Of a stretch of DNA of 64,000 nucleotides, positions 41,858-52,691 are shown piece after piece. The position numbers and the translations under genes were made by a program. The stretch lies in NCBI GenBank assembly GCA_963667725.2, contig CAXXHO010000005.1:32001-96000 (forward strand), read 5' to 3'. Below the pieces are notes generated by a model. That model did not search any database. It was given only the letters and a program-made list of their open reading frames with translations, and was not told where the DNA came from. The stretch is from Treponemataceae bacterium (lineage in GTDB: Bacteria > Spirochaetota > Spirochaetia > Treponematales > Rectinemataceae). The first letter of the stretch is position 1, and the number at the start of each line of letters is the position of its first letter.

Positions 41858-42338
41858 TTATCGGATCGTGATCGTACTTTCTGTAGGTGGGATTTCCAGG
41901 CGGGAGGCATCTGGCGATGCCCCTAACAGGTTCTCCAGCCGGACCGTGACCACGCCCGCCTGAGATTCTTTGGGGATGTTTGATTTTTACAACAGCAACA
42001 GCACCATTGCTGATTTTCGCCCTACCGCCGACCAGCATACATTTGTATGCGTATGCTTCCGGATTCTTTCGGAGCTGTCGGGCGCACATGAGTTGCTTCC
42101 CCGCCTCCACCGCGCTCGGGCCAGCCGACCATCCGCTGTCCTGAATATCCACCCGGCCAATCGGGAATACCAGATCCCATTGCAGAGCGGCAGGCGCTCG
42201 ATCGGGCGGCGCCGACAACTGGATCGATAACGATCCGGAATCGCCACGGGATAGCACTGCGGCGGGAACTCGCAGTTCCTGCCCCCAGAGCGGAAATGCC
42301 AGTATTGCAACCCAGATTAGCCGATTCACAGTCAACAT
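41858..42338 (-). CDS. Stand-alone secreted cohesin-like protein with an apparent +1 frameshift near 41980
   Basis: Signal peptide, then ALQWDLVFP...GKQLMC...YKC...NGAVAVV. The shifted frame continues NIPKESQAGVVTVRLENLLGASPDASRLEIPPTESTITIR*, which aligns with the paralogs' cohesin C-termini. Confidence 0.7.
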
Positions 42339-42518
42339 CCCTCACCTCAATTGTTTGGCATCGGACGCTACTGAGAGGATATTACGTTTCCAGGCGTTTC
42401 CTAAAGTTTAGGACCTCGTCGCGGCTCAATAACGTAATATATGGCCATTACGTCCACAGTACCCAGCTTTTGCGTCCCTGGAGAATAAAGTGCCGATAAT
42501 CTTTGCTGGAGGCACCCA

Positions 42519-43352
42519 TTGGGCGCATTTGAAAACGCTGGCCGATTCATTCTGTTGTTGTCTGTGCCATTGGCACTGAGCTATGCCGAAACCGGGCCCA
42601 CCCGCACCCCTGCGCGATCGGCTCAGGGTGTAGGGGCCGCCTCCAGCAGCGTCCAGGCAAGCGTGTTCCCGAGAATCGTCTGCGGTAACGGATGGGACAC
42701 CACCGCTACGCTGTTCAACACTGATTCCTCGCCCGTGACGTTTCAGCAGTTCTTCTTCGGCAAGGACGGCAAGCTCACCACCTTCACAGTCCGTTCCTCG
42801 GCTGATGCCCAAACAACCCTGACCACCTCTGCGGTGCAGGGTGTCCTCGAATCGGGATCGAGCCTCTCGATGGGGCTATGCAACTCGAGTAATGCCGTTC
42901 GCGAAGGCTGGTCGTACTTGAACTACACCGGCACCGCCGGTGCCATCGATGGGTACACGACCATCACCCACAAGGCTCTGAGCGGCGCCCGCTCCGAAAC
43001 CGTCATCCCCTTGAAGAGCAGCCAGGATTATTCGGTCCTCATGCCCTTTGACAACACGCAGGGCTTCAGAAGCCAGCTGACGCTCGTGAACCCGGCTTCA
43101 AACCTGGCCGCCGAGGTTCGCCTGACTTATCGAACGCCCCAAGGCAAGACGCTCTTCTTCGACGTGGTGACCATTGGCGCGGATCAGCAGACGACTCTGG
43201 TGCTTCCCGACATGTATCCGGACCTGGCGAACAAAACCGGCTCGGTGCTGATCGAAGGGAACATCGACCGTCTATCGGTCTCCGGTCTGCGCTACAACGA
43301 TCTCGACGGAACCATCAGTGCGCTTCCGACGATGCATCCGAGCGCGCAGTAG
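42519..43352 (+). CDS. Secreted beta-rich hypothetical protein
   Basis: Signal peptide. Two pseudo-repeats, FPRIVCGNGWDTTATLFN and MPFDNTQGFRSQLTLVNP. Confidence 0.7.
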   Translation: MGAFENAGRFILLLSVPLALSYAETGPTRTPARSAQGVGAASSSVQASVFPRIVCGNGWDTTATLFNTDSSPVTFQQFFFGKDGKLTTFTVRSSADAQTTLTTSAVQGVLESGSSLSMGLCNSSNAVREGWSYLNYTGTAGAIDGYTTITHKALSGARSETVIPLKSSQDYSVLMPFDNTQGFRSQLTLVNPASNLAAEVRLTYRTPQGKTLFFDVVTIGADQQTTLVLPDMYPDLANKTGSVLIEGNIDRLSVSGLRYNDLDGTISALPTMHPSAQ

Positions 43353-43635
43353 TAATCTTTCAGCCCAACTTTACGCGCGGAAAAGTGTCTTACCGTACCC
43401 GGCATTTTGCCGTACAAATTACCAATGGCTACGGCAAGCTATCCAATTGATTGCGAGGAGCTTAACCCCAAAAACCAGGTCGATGTACGGCAATCCCTTT
43501 ATGTTCCACTACGCGACCTCCGCAGTGCTCCACCACCGCTGTTCCAGAAACTCCCGTTACTCTTTGGAATCTGCTGGAATTCGTTGTTAATACCTGGATT
43601 TCTTTGGAAGGGTGAAAGATCTCGCCCAAAACGTG

Positions 43636-43670
43636 AGCGCCCGGCGGGCTTTTGGAGTCCGCCGGGCGCT
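43636..43670. terminator. Probable terminator hairpin between convergent genes
   Basis: 15-bp stem AGCGCCCGGCGGGCT-TTTGG-AGTCCGCCGGGCGCT with one non-Watson-Crick pair. Short T runs nearby on both strands. Confidence 0.65.
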
Positions 43671-43698
43671 TCAGGTTTGAATCGGGCTCAATTCCGGT

Positions 43699-46600
43699 CT
43701 ACTTCGATGACGCCTCGATCGCCATCGTGACCGTATTGCTCAGGGATCCCGTCCGGTGCTGCGGCGGTCCCCGCTTGATCGTCTCCGACGGGGCGTAGTG
43801 CGAATCGGCCGGCGCCATCCGCACACCCGGCGCACGGCCTCCGCCCCGCGACGCGTCTCCGGTCGTGAGACCCAGGGTGACCGGAATCGCATCGCCCGTG
43901 GAAACGCCGTAAGGCACCGTCGCGGTGATCTGGTAGACTCCCGCCATCCCCGGAATCGCGTCCACGGAAGTAATCGTGGCCGTCAAACCGCCGATCTTCA
44001 GCGAGAGCGATTGCCAGTTGGAAGGATCGATGCCCGTCGCGCGAATCGCGACCGCGTCTCCGATCTGTGCCGGCTGGCCGGATACCAGATAGTTGCGTGC
44101 CATCGCGGTCAGAGAAGTTCCGCTCAGCACGATAGCGCCCTGGCCGCCGCCCGATCCGTCCATTGAGAACAACGCGGGGGACACGGAGTTCATGACCGTC
44201 TGCACCGCTTCCGCCGCTCCAGAATCGGTCTCCACGGAAAGATTGAGGCGAGTTCCCGCCGCGACGTTGGGGCAGACGAAGTCGACCCGATCCTGAGCCG
44301 CATACACGAGCGGAACGTAGGCGTCGTTGACCTTCACCTTGGCCCCGTTCAACGCGAGAGCCGTCCCGGTGCTATCCGTAACGGGATCTCCCGGTGCGGA
44401 GAGCCAACGGCCCCACAACGTGGCGAGCCCATTGGGTCCGCATACCGGCTGCACCAACTGACTTGCCGTGTTCCGGATGTCCGTAACGATGGGCTTGCCG
44501 GAATCCACGTGAATCGTGACCTGGCCGTTCGAGGAGGCGCCCAGAGAATTGGTCGCTACAAACGTAACGTTGTAGCTGCCCTGCTGGTTCTCCGCGGGCG
44601 TCCATGAGAACTGTCCGGTTCCGGCATCGAACACTGCTTGAGCCGGCAGATTCTGAGCCGAAAGCGTGACCGTCAGCCCGCCCGGGTCGACCGCGCTAAC
44701 CGAGAACCGCAGTTCCTTCCCAAACACGGTATCCGCACCATCCGGCACGACCAGGACCGGCGCTCCCGCCGGCGTGATCGCGATCGTGGTCTTCACGATG
44801 GTCTGACCGAACTGCACCGAGATATCCGAGTTCTGCTGCCCGGCGACGCCCTGTGCATAGATCATGAAGCCGAGCTGCGTCTGCCCGGGGCGCGTGATCA
44901 TCGAAGCCGGCACCTTGACGTCCGGGCTGCTGCTCGAAACCGCCAGGTGAGCCACTTCGGGAACGTTGGGCGAGTTCAGACCGACCTGGCAATCGAGCCA
45001 GCCGCCCGCCTGGACGGACCCACCCGAACAGAGCACCGAAATCGGGCCGGATGCCTATGATCGCAAGCGCGGTGGTTCGTACTGACCCCATGGCCGTCGC
45101 GCTGATCTGCGGGTGAATATCCTGGTCCGAAGCGATCACCTGCACCGAGAACCTCGCCGATTGGCTCCCGGCCGGGACCTGCACCTGAGCCGGAACCTGC
45201 AACCGCGAACTATCGGCCTGGAGCGTTACCGTCAGCCCGTCAACCGGCGCCGCCTGTGAGAGTTGCAAAGTGCAGGACAGCGTGCCGACATTCGCCAGAT
45301 CCGGATTGCACGAGAGCGCCGAAATGCCGGTCTGTCCCGTGCCTGTCAGGGAGATCGTTGCATTCTGGGAACTACCGCCGTAGGCTGCGGAGACAATCGC
45401 CGAACCGTTGGTGGAAATGCTGCCTGCCGTGGCAAGGAAAGTGGCACTCCGTGTCCCGGCCGGAATTGTCACGCTCGCCGGCACTGTCAAGAGCGCTGAA
45501 TTACTGGAGAGCGCTATGGTGCTGCCGTTCCCCGTAGCCGCGCTCGCAAGTGTGACGGTGCAAGTGGACAACTCACTGGAGGCCAGCGTTGCCGGCGTAC
45601 AAGTCAGAGACGTGATGGCCGGGGCCGTGAAGAGCACGCTCACAGTCGTCGTTCGGGAGTCGCTATTGTACGTGGCGGTAATGGTCGCTGTCTGATCGGA
45701 GGCCACGATGCCTGCCCGCGCCGTAAACGTGGCCGTCGAAGAGCCGGCGGATACCAGCACGCTCGCCGGGACCGTCAGCGCCGCCAGGCTGCTCGAGAGT
45801 GACACTACTGCGCCGCCGCTCCCAGAGGCCTTCGACAGCGTCACGGTGCAACCGGTTGTACCTTCCTGCCCAATGCTTGAAGGACTGCAGGTCACGTTAC
45901 TGACCTGTAGAGGAGCCACGAGCGCGATTGACGCCGTCTGCGTGTTTCCATTCAGAGAAGCTGTGATGGTTGCAGTCTGATCGCTGCCCACCGTACCTGC
46001 GGTGGCTGTGAACGTCGTGACTGCGCCTCCGGCGCCAATCGTCACACTGGCCGGAACCGTCAGGGTAGCGACATTGCTCGAGAGTGAGACCACCGCACCG
46101 CCGCTGGCCGCCGCCTTCGTGAGCGTTACCGTGCAGGTGGAGGTTCCGGTGGAACCCAGGCTCCCTGGATTGCACGAAATCCCGCTCACCAGAACCGGCG
46201 CCACCAGCGAAAGATTCGCCGTTTGCGAACTACCGTTCAGGGACGCGGTGACCGTGACCGTCTGGTCGCTACTCACCGTACCGACCGTTGCCGTGAAGGT
46301 CGCGGTGGAAGATCCCGATGTCACCGTCACGCTACCGGGGACCGTCAGGGTGGCCGCATTGCTTGAGAGCGATACCGCGGTTCCGCCGGGGGCCGCTTTC
46401 GACAGCGTCACCGTGCAGGTTGCCGCTGCGGAGGGGGCCAGGCTCGTCGGATTGCAGGAAAGACCGGTCAGTTGAGCCGGTGTAGCCAGCGAGATATTCG
46501 CCGTCCGCGTACTGCCGTTCAGGGAAACCGTAACCGTAGCCGATTGGTCGGAGCTGACCGTACCGGCTGTGGCGGTGAAGCTCGCGCTGGAGGATCCCGA

Positions 46601-49489
46601 CGCCACCGACACGCTACCAGGCACCGTCAAGGTTCCCACGCTGCTCGAAACCGATACTGACACGCCGGTTCCGGCCGCTTTGGTCAAGGTCACCGTGCAA
46701 CTGGAAGTCCCTCCGGTGGTCAGGCTCGTGGGGTTGCACGAAACGCCGCTCACTTGAGGCGGAGTCACCAGCGAGATGTTCGCGGTTTGGGAACTGCTGT
46801 TCAGCGAGGCGGTAATGGTGGCCGTCGTGTCGCTGCTCACCGTGCCCGCCGTTGCCGTGAAGGTCGCGGTCGAAGAGCCGGATGCCACGTTCACGCTGCC
46901 CGGAACGCTCAGCGTTCCGGAGTTGCTCGAAAGCGCCACCGCCGTGCTACCCGACGCTGCCTTGGTCAGGGTCACTGTGCAGGTGGACGTTCCCGACGTG
47001 CCGAGGCTCGACGGGCTGCACGAAACCGCGCTCACCTGGACCACCGCTACCAGCGAGATGTTCGCGGTACGGGTGCTGCCGTTCAGCGAGGCGGTAATGG
47101 TCGCCGTCGCGTCGCTGCTCACCGTTCCGGCCGTCGCTGTGAAGGTCGCGCTCGAAGAGCCGGAGTTCACCGTCACACTGCCCGGAACGCTCAACGTCCC
47201 GGAATTGCTGGAGAGACCCACGGAAAGTCCGCCGCTACCGGCCGCCTTCGATAAGGTCACCGTGCAACTGGAAGTCGCGGCGGTGCCCAGGCTTGCCGGA
47301 GTGCACGACAGGCTGCTTACCGCGGCCGTCGTCACCAGAGAGATGCTTGCCGTTTGCGTACTGCCGCTATAGGACGCGGTGATGGTGGCGGTCGCGTCGC
47401 TGCTCACCGTGCCCGCCGTTGCCGTGAAGGTCGCGGTCGAAGAGCCGGAATTCACCGTCACGCTGCCCGGAACGTTCAAGGTTCCGGAATTGCTGGATAG
47501 CGCTACAGTCGCACCAGTCGATTTGTTCAGCGTTACCGTGCAGCTCGATGTTCCGTTGCTCAGCAAGCTGGTCGGATTACACGAGAGGCCGGTCACCTGA
47601 ACCGGAGTCACCAGGGAAATATTCGCAGTCCGGCTGCTGCCGTTCAGTGACGCCGTGATGGTGGCCGTCGTGTCGCTGCTCACCGTGCCTGCCGTTGCCG
47701 TGAAGGTTCCAGTTGTGGATCCGGAAGTCACCGTCACGCTGCCGGGCACACTCAACGTCCCGGAGTTGCTCGATAGCGACACGGACCCGCCGGTCGATTT
47801 GTTCAGCGTCACCGTGCAGCTTGAGGTTCCCGTGCTCCCCAGGCTTGTGGGACTGCACGATAGCCCGCTCACTTGGATCGGGCTAACGAGCGAAATATTG
47901 GCCGTCTGCGAACTGCCGTTCAGCGATGCCGTCACCGTAGCCGTTTGATCGCTCGTGAGCGTGCCCGTCGTGGCGTTGAACGTCCCCGTAGTGGAACCGG
48001 ATGCTACCGTCACCGAAGAAGGCACAGACAATGCGCCCGCATTACTCGAAAGCGATACGGTCCCGCCGCTGGATTTGGACAGCGTTACCGTGCAACTGGA
48101 TGTGCCCGAACTTCCCAGGCTCGTCGGGCTGCAGGAAAGCCCGCTTACCAGAACCGCGGCAACCAACGAAATATTCTGGGTGCGGCTGCTGCCGTTGAGC
48201 GACGCCGTAACCGTGGCGGTCTGATCGCTGCTCACCGTGCCCGTCGTCGCCGAGAAGCTGGCCGACGTAGAACCGGAATTCACCGTTACGCTTCCGGGCA
48301 GCGACAACGATCCGGAATTGCTCGACAGCGATACGGTCCCGCCGGTCGATTTGTTCAGCGTCACCGTGCAACTGGATGTGCCGGAACTTCCCAGGCTCGT
48401 CGGGCTGCACGAAAGCCCGCTCACCTGCACTGGAGTGGTCAGCGAGATATTCGCCGTTGCCGTGGTGCTGTTCAGCGATGCCGTGATGGTCGCGGTCTGG
48501 TCGCTGCTCACTGTCCCCGCGGTGGCCGAGAAGCCGGCCGTAGTGGAACCGGAGTTCACCGTCACACTTCCGGGCACAGACAACGATCCGGAATTGCTCG
48601 ACAGCGCCACGGTCCCGCCAGTCGATTTCGTCAGCGTTACCGTGCAGCTGGACGTCCCGTTACTCGACAGACTGGTTGGATTGCACGAAAGGCTGCTCAC
48701 CGCGATCGGCGCTACGAGCGAAATATTGGCGGTTTTCGTGGTGCTGTTCAGCGATGCCGTGATGGTCGCGGTCTGATCGCTCGAAATCGTCCCCGCAGTG
48801 GCCACAAACGTCTGACTGGTGGATCCGGAGAGCACCGTCACGGAAGATGGCACGGACAATGCGGCAGAGTTGTCCGACAGCGACACCGAGACATTCCCGA
48901 CCGCGGCGGCGCCCAATGCCACTGTGCAACTGGATGTGCCATTGCTGTTCAAAGAGGTAGGGCTGCAGCTCAAGGAGCTGAGAGTCGCCGGGGGTATGGT
49001 CGCGGTAATCGTACCGCCGGAGCCGCTGACGCTCAGGTTCCCACCGGTGACCGAACTTCCAAGGGTATCGGACAGGCCGATCGAAGTGCTGCTTACCGTG
49101 GAGGCAATCGTTACGGAAACGGCGGCCACAACACCGCTCGGAATCGCCGTATTGTTGAACCCCGCGAGGATGCAGAAATAGGATCCCGAGCTCGCCGAGC
49201 AGCTCAGAGACTTGCCAGCGCCGGCGGCGGCCGAACCGACTGTGGCGCTAATCGACACTACGTCGGCAGGCGTATAGGTGAGTCTCCATTGCAATGCGGC
49301 CGGTTCGCTGCCACTAGGAGCGCTGAGGTTGAGGGCCAGGGACGCGGTTCCCCCCTGTGCAACCGTGGCGGACGAGAGGCTGAGAGAGTCCTGGGCCAAA
49401 AGCGGCGTCCCGAGCAAGAGGGCACCTACCATTACCAACCAGCACCAAATCTGCCCGAACAGCGGCCGAACACGCATCTCGAAGTTCAC
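43699..49489 (-). CDS. Giant secreted surface protein (~1930 aa): cohesin-like domain, ~15 Cys-paired Ig-like repeats, He_PIG-like domain, Solibacter-type C-terminal domain; one +1 frameshift at ~45045
   Basis: ORFs 44696-49588 and 43699-45036 join if one C is removed from CGG CCCG ATT TCG GTG CTC TGT. The C-terminus PLVYAAQDRVDFVCP...SPALFSMDGSGGGQGA...GVYQITATVP...SNTVTMAIE resembles the TIGR03437 Solibacter domain. GAGGAGG precedes GTG 49489. Confidence 0.8.
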
Positions 49490-50235
49490 TGCAGGAGACC
49501 TCCTCATCCGCGATTTCCAACTGGGCCCCGTGACTACACACCTACTCCGACCACCCAAGTCCCAACTTACGAAGGGGCTTCCGGGCATTCAATACTCACT
49601 TCCGAACGAGGCTTGCGCCTCTCGAAAGTTGATGGCCAGCTCAGTAATTCCCCCGAGCTGGAGTAACAATAGGGGATATGAAACTGGAAGGATTGATATC
49701 GAACTAGTACCTGCAAGTTCCAAAAATCGACTGAAGCTGCCATCCCGTCCGCCCCTTGTCTGGACAAAAATGGCTCACTTACTCCCCTGTGGGGTTGCAG
49801 CCCACAACGGATGCTTGCGCAGTGCCGATTGGACATTGCAGGTTCTTCGACTGGTTGTGAAACAGGGCTCTAGCAACATTCATGCCAATCAACAAACGCA
49901 ATAGAATGAATGATTAACGGATACGTACGATAAAATCTACTTGGTAGAAATGTGCTTCTACCGGCGTTTATTTCTCAGTAAGCTTTCTGGGGTCCCTGCA
50001 CACCGAGTCACCTTCGTTTACTCAGCTGTCTGCGTAAATTGGGTACGCACGCTATGTTCGTTGGGCAACTAATGGGCGCTGCGGAAGGGGTTATTCCCGC
50101 CGAAGCAGAGCGGGGTTAATAAGAAATCCCTGAATACGCACTGTATGCTGAGGATTCTAGCGATTTTCGTAACTGGATTACCGCAGAGGTTACACGTTCA
50201 ACCTCAGCGCTGTTCACACTGGGGAGATCAAAAAG

Positions 50236-50619
50236 ATGAGTCGAGTTGCCCTCGGAGCCGCTCCGATCAAGCGCACGTGTGCGCGCTGCGGAGCTTATTT
50301 TATCGCCGCGGAACGGAAGTATGCTTGTCCCGATTGTCGTAAGCCCAAAAGCGACGATGCCGATTCCGCACCGGAAGGCCGCCCGCTCACGTTCCGGCAA
50401 CAACAAATCGCCGAACTGATTGGACAGGGGAAGTGCAACAAGGAGATCGCGTATACCCTGCACCTCACCGAGGGCACCATCAAGGAATACGTTCATCATC
50501 TGTTTCGGAAGACGGGAGTCACCAATCGAACCGAGCTGGCACTCCAGCTGGTCAGGAAAGATGTGGAGCGGCTAACCGCGCGCCTGGCGGCTTATGAGCA
50601 TCGCCCGCGGGCGCGATAG
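50236..50619 (+). CDS. LuxR-type HTH regulator with N-terminal Zn-ribbon
   Basis: CARC...CPDC followed by LTFRQQQIAELIGQGKCNKEIAYTLHLTEGTIKEYVHHLFRKTGVTNRTELA. GGGAGA RBS. Confidence 0.85.
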   Translation: MSRVALGAAPIKRTCARCGAYFIAAERKYACPDCRKPKSDDADSAPEGRPLTFRQQQIAELIGQGKCNKEIAYTLHLTEGTIKEYVHHLFRKTGVTNRTELALQLVRKDVERLTARLAAYEHRPRAR

Positions 50620-50670
50620 CGCTTCCCCGCCCCGGCACGCTGGGCGTCGGCATTTTAGCGAGTCTGGTCG

Positions 50671-50910
50671 TCAGAAACGGGTTTTGTCCTGCCGGAGCCT
50701 GATGCCCGACAATGCCTCCGGCGTTCCCGCACCGGCGCCCGCCACCATCTCCTTCGAACGTTCCTCCAGGATTGCGATCGCCTCTACACGCGGATGCCAG
50801 AGGTTCGTTTCCGGATCCTTATAGATGATCCAGCCGCGCTCATTGACCCGATATGACCAGCCCGCCTCGACCATCTTCTGATGGGTGATGCTGGGTTTAA
50901 CAAATTCCAC
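50671..50910 (-). CDS. Small hypothetical protein
   Basis: Protein-like aromatic core GWSYRVNERGWIIYKDPETNLWH. Fills the gap between convergent genes. Confidence 0.5.
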   Translation of the reverse strand: MEFVKPSITHQKMVEAGWSYRVNERGWIIYKDPETNLWHPRVEAIAILEERSKEMVAGAGAGTPEALSGIRLRQDKTRF

Positions 50911-51021
50911 GGTTAAAGTTGTACGCCCATTCAGGGCGACCGTCCAGGCGGGGTGGGTACCAGTCGGGTACCACAGGGCGCGAGCATTTTCGAAGGTGCG
51001 CGACGTTTTGCGAGCTGCCGC

Positions 51022-51549
51022 TTAGAGGTAGCCTGCCGCTCTCAAATCGTGTTCGAACGTGGCCAGGGCCATCACGAGCGTGAGCGGTTTATCGGTCAGT
51101 GGCACCGCGCCATAGCTCTCGTACCATTTGGCCGCACGCTCGTCCTTGGCATCGATGATGAGCAACACGCCGCCGACATCGGCTGCGGCTCGCAGGCAGC
51201 GGCGTGCCGCTGCGAGGAGGAGTTGGCCGCCGAGGCCTCGCCCCTGGAACCGCACATCCGTCGCGAGCCGCGCCAGTCGGAACCCCGGCACCTCATGTTT
51301 CGCAAGGCCCTGTCGCAGCTTCTTCGGCGCATCGGCATACGTCACAGAGCCAGGAGCGAGGCTATAGAAGCCGAGGATCGTCTTACCGTCCCCGGTGTCG
51401 ATGGCAAGAAAGGTCTTCGCACCCCCAAGCTCGTGGCTCTGGCGCGCGTAGTGTTGCAGGAAGTCATTCATGGCGGCATTGCCGCAGTCGAACGACTTCC
51501 TGTCATGCCTTCTATCTATCGGCTCTTCGTGCCAGTCCGGGAGCCTCAT
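51022..51549 (-). CDS. GNAT acetyltransferase toxin (TacT/AtaT-like)
   Basis: HDRKSFDCG, LARLATD.RFQGRGLG, IDAKDERAAKWYE. Overlaps the antitoxin stop. Confidence 0.9.
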   Translation of the reverse strand: MRLPDWHEEPIDRRHDRKSFDCGNAAMNDFLQHYARQSHELGGAKTFLAIDTGDGKTILGFYSLAPGSVTYADAPKKLRQGLAKHEVPGFRLARLATDVRFQGRGLGGQLLLAAARRCLRAAADVGGVLLIIDAKDERAAKWYESYGAVPLTDKPLTLVMALATFEHDLRAAGYL

Positions 51550-51851
51550 GCCTTTCGGTGCTTCGCCCCACCTTGCTTCGGCTTAGGCATCGCCGCGATC
51601 GCCGCCTGCAGTTTCGCATTCGGCTCAGGCGGGTTTTCGAGCAAGCTTAGGACGAGAAGACTATCCCGCTCGGAGAGGACCGTGCGTTCCGCTTCGTCGA
51701 TGACAATTTTGGCTTCACGCAGAGCGTTTTGCACGACGAAGTCGGTCAGGTCTGTATTCCTGAGCGCCGCGGCGCGCATGAGCATCGCCTTTTGCTCCGG
51801 GCGCACCCGGAGGTTCATTCGCTTGTTGTCATCAACGGCCACCCTTGGCAT
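51546..51851 (-). CDS. DUF1778 (TacA/AtaR-like) antitoxin
   Basis: RMNLRV...KAMLMRAAAL...LTDFVVQNALREA...LENPPEPNAKL. Confidence 0.9.
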   Translation of the reverse strand: MPRVAVDDNKRMNLRVRPEQKAMLMRAAALRNTDLTDFVVQNALREAKIVIDEAERTVLSERDSLLVLSLLENPPEPNAKLQAAIAAMPKPKQGGAKHRKA

Positions 51852-51922
51852 GCGAACCGCTTCCCTTCTGTACTCATTAAAAGTGTACACGAAAGGCCGG
51901 CTGAGCGTTCACAGGCGGCTCA

Positions 51923-52351
51923 CTAGGGTTCCAGGATGAGCGTCTTGACCGGGTATCGCGAAAATCCCTTGTCGAAAGTCACCAGAGTGGCTTCATTGAC
52001 CGACGCGTAGGCCGCCAAATAAGCATCACCCCAGACATTGCAGGCCGCCTGAGGAATGTCTGAGTAGTCTTTGAGCAACCCATCGAGAGCCGGCCATTCC
52101 GGGAAGAAGCAGACCCGCGCATCCGTCTGGAGGGTCTCGAAAACCTCCCAGGCCTCACGGTTCGTGAGCGGATTGCCTTTCATGGTCGCTGTGCTGGTGA
52201 GGTGGCGCAATAAACCGAGTTGAGTGAACCGGCAAAACCCGACCGCGTCCGAACGATCCTGGTTCCACCAGGCGCTGGCTGCGCGATTGAAGGCGTGGCG
52301 CTCCACCACAATGGCAAGCCAGACGTTGATGTCAGGAAAACAGGATGTCAT
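51923..52351 (-). CDS. vapC: PIN-domain VapC toxin
   Basis: PDINVWLA, GDAYLAA and LVTFDKGF. Confidence 0.88.
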   Translation of the reverse strand: MTSCFPDINVWLAIVVERHAFNRAASAWWNQDRSDAVGFCRFTQLGLLRHLTSTATMKGNPLTNREAWEVFETLQTDARVCFFPEWPALDGLLKDYSDIPQAACNVWGDAYLAAYASVNEATLVTFDKGFSRYPVKTLILEP

Positions 52352-52565
52352 AGATGTCGTCGTGGCTTGGGTTGACCGGCTTCCCGCCGCCGCGGACCAA
52401 GGGGACCTGCACGCGGCCGCGAGCCACACCCTCCATGGCAACCTCGCGCTCTAGAGAAGACAGGATGAGAGCGCGTGCCGAGCAGCCGCGACGGCGAGCA
52501 GCCTCGTGGATGCGGCGGTGCAGCTCCTCGGGGAGATCCAATGAGGTGCGAATCGTCCGAGGCAT
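52332..52565 (-). CDS. vapB: RHH antitoxin (VapB-like)
   Basis: RTSLDLPEELHRRIHEAARRRGCSARALI. Overlaps the vapC start. Confidence 0.85.
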   Translation of the reverse strand: MPRTIRTSLDLPEELHRRIHEAARRRGCSARALILSSLEREVAMEGVARGRVQVPLVRGGGKPVNPSHDDIYDILFS

Positions 52566-52571
52566 GCTTTC

Positions 52572-52600
52572 AGGGTAGTTTGTGACTTACGTTAAGTCAA
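52572..52600 (-). promoter_or_regulatory. vapBC promoter with overlapping palindromic operator
   Basis: TTGACT-17 nt-TACCCT, ending 6 nt before the ATG. Inverted repeat TGACTTA-cgt-TAAGTCA at 52583-52599. Confidence 0.6.
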
Positions 52601-52691
52601 ATCGCAGGATAATATTCCTTATCAAGCTTCCGACAAAGGCGCAAATTGCGCGACCGCGCACAACCGCATTTCGTACAGCTAGGAGGAAAAA

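Noticed and set aside
42455..42515. GGGACGCAAAAGC on the minus strand, resembling part of a c-di-GMP-I riboswitch
   Set aside because: The upstream GGCAAA motif and the GNRA-capped P2 stem are missing.
45408..49666. Many plus-strand ORFs, including one of 597 aa, opposite the giant gene
   Set aside because: Antisense shadows of Ser/Thr/Ala/Val-rich repeats.
50060..50230. Hairpins upstream of the LuxR gene as a riboswitch
   Set aside because: Only short imperfect stems are present, with no recognisable conserved motif.
50953..51939. 328-aa plus-strand ORF
   Set aside because: Entirely antisense to a clear GNAT/DUF1778 TA pair.
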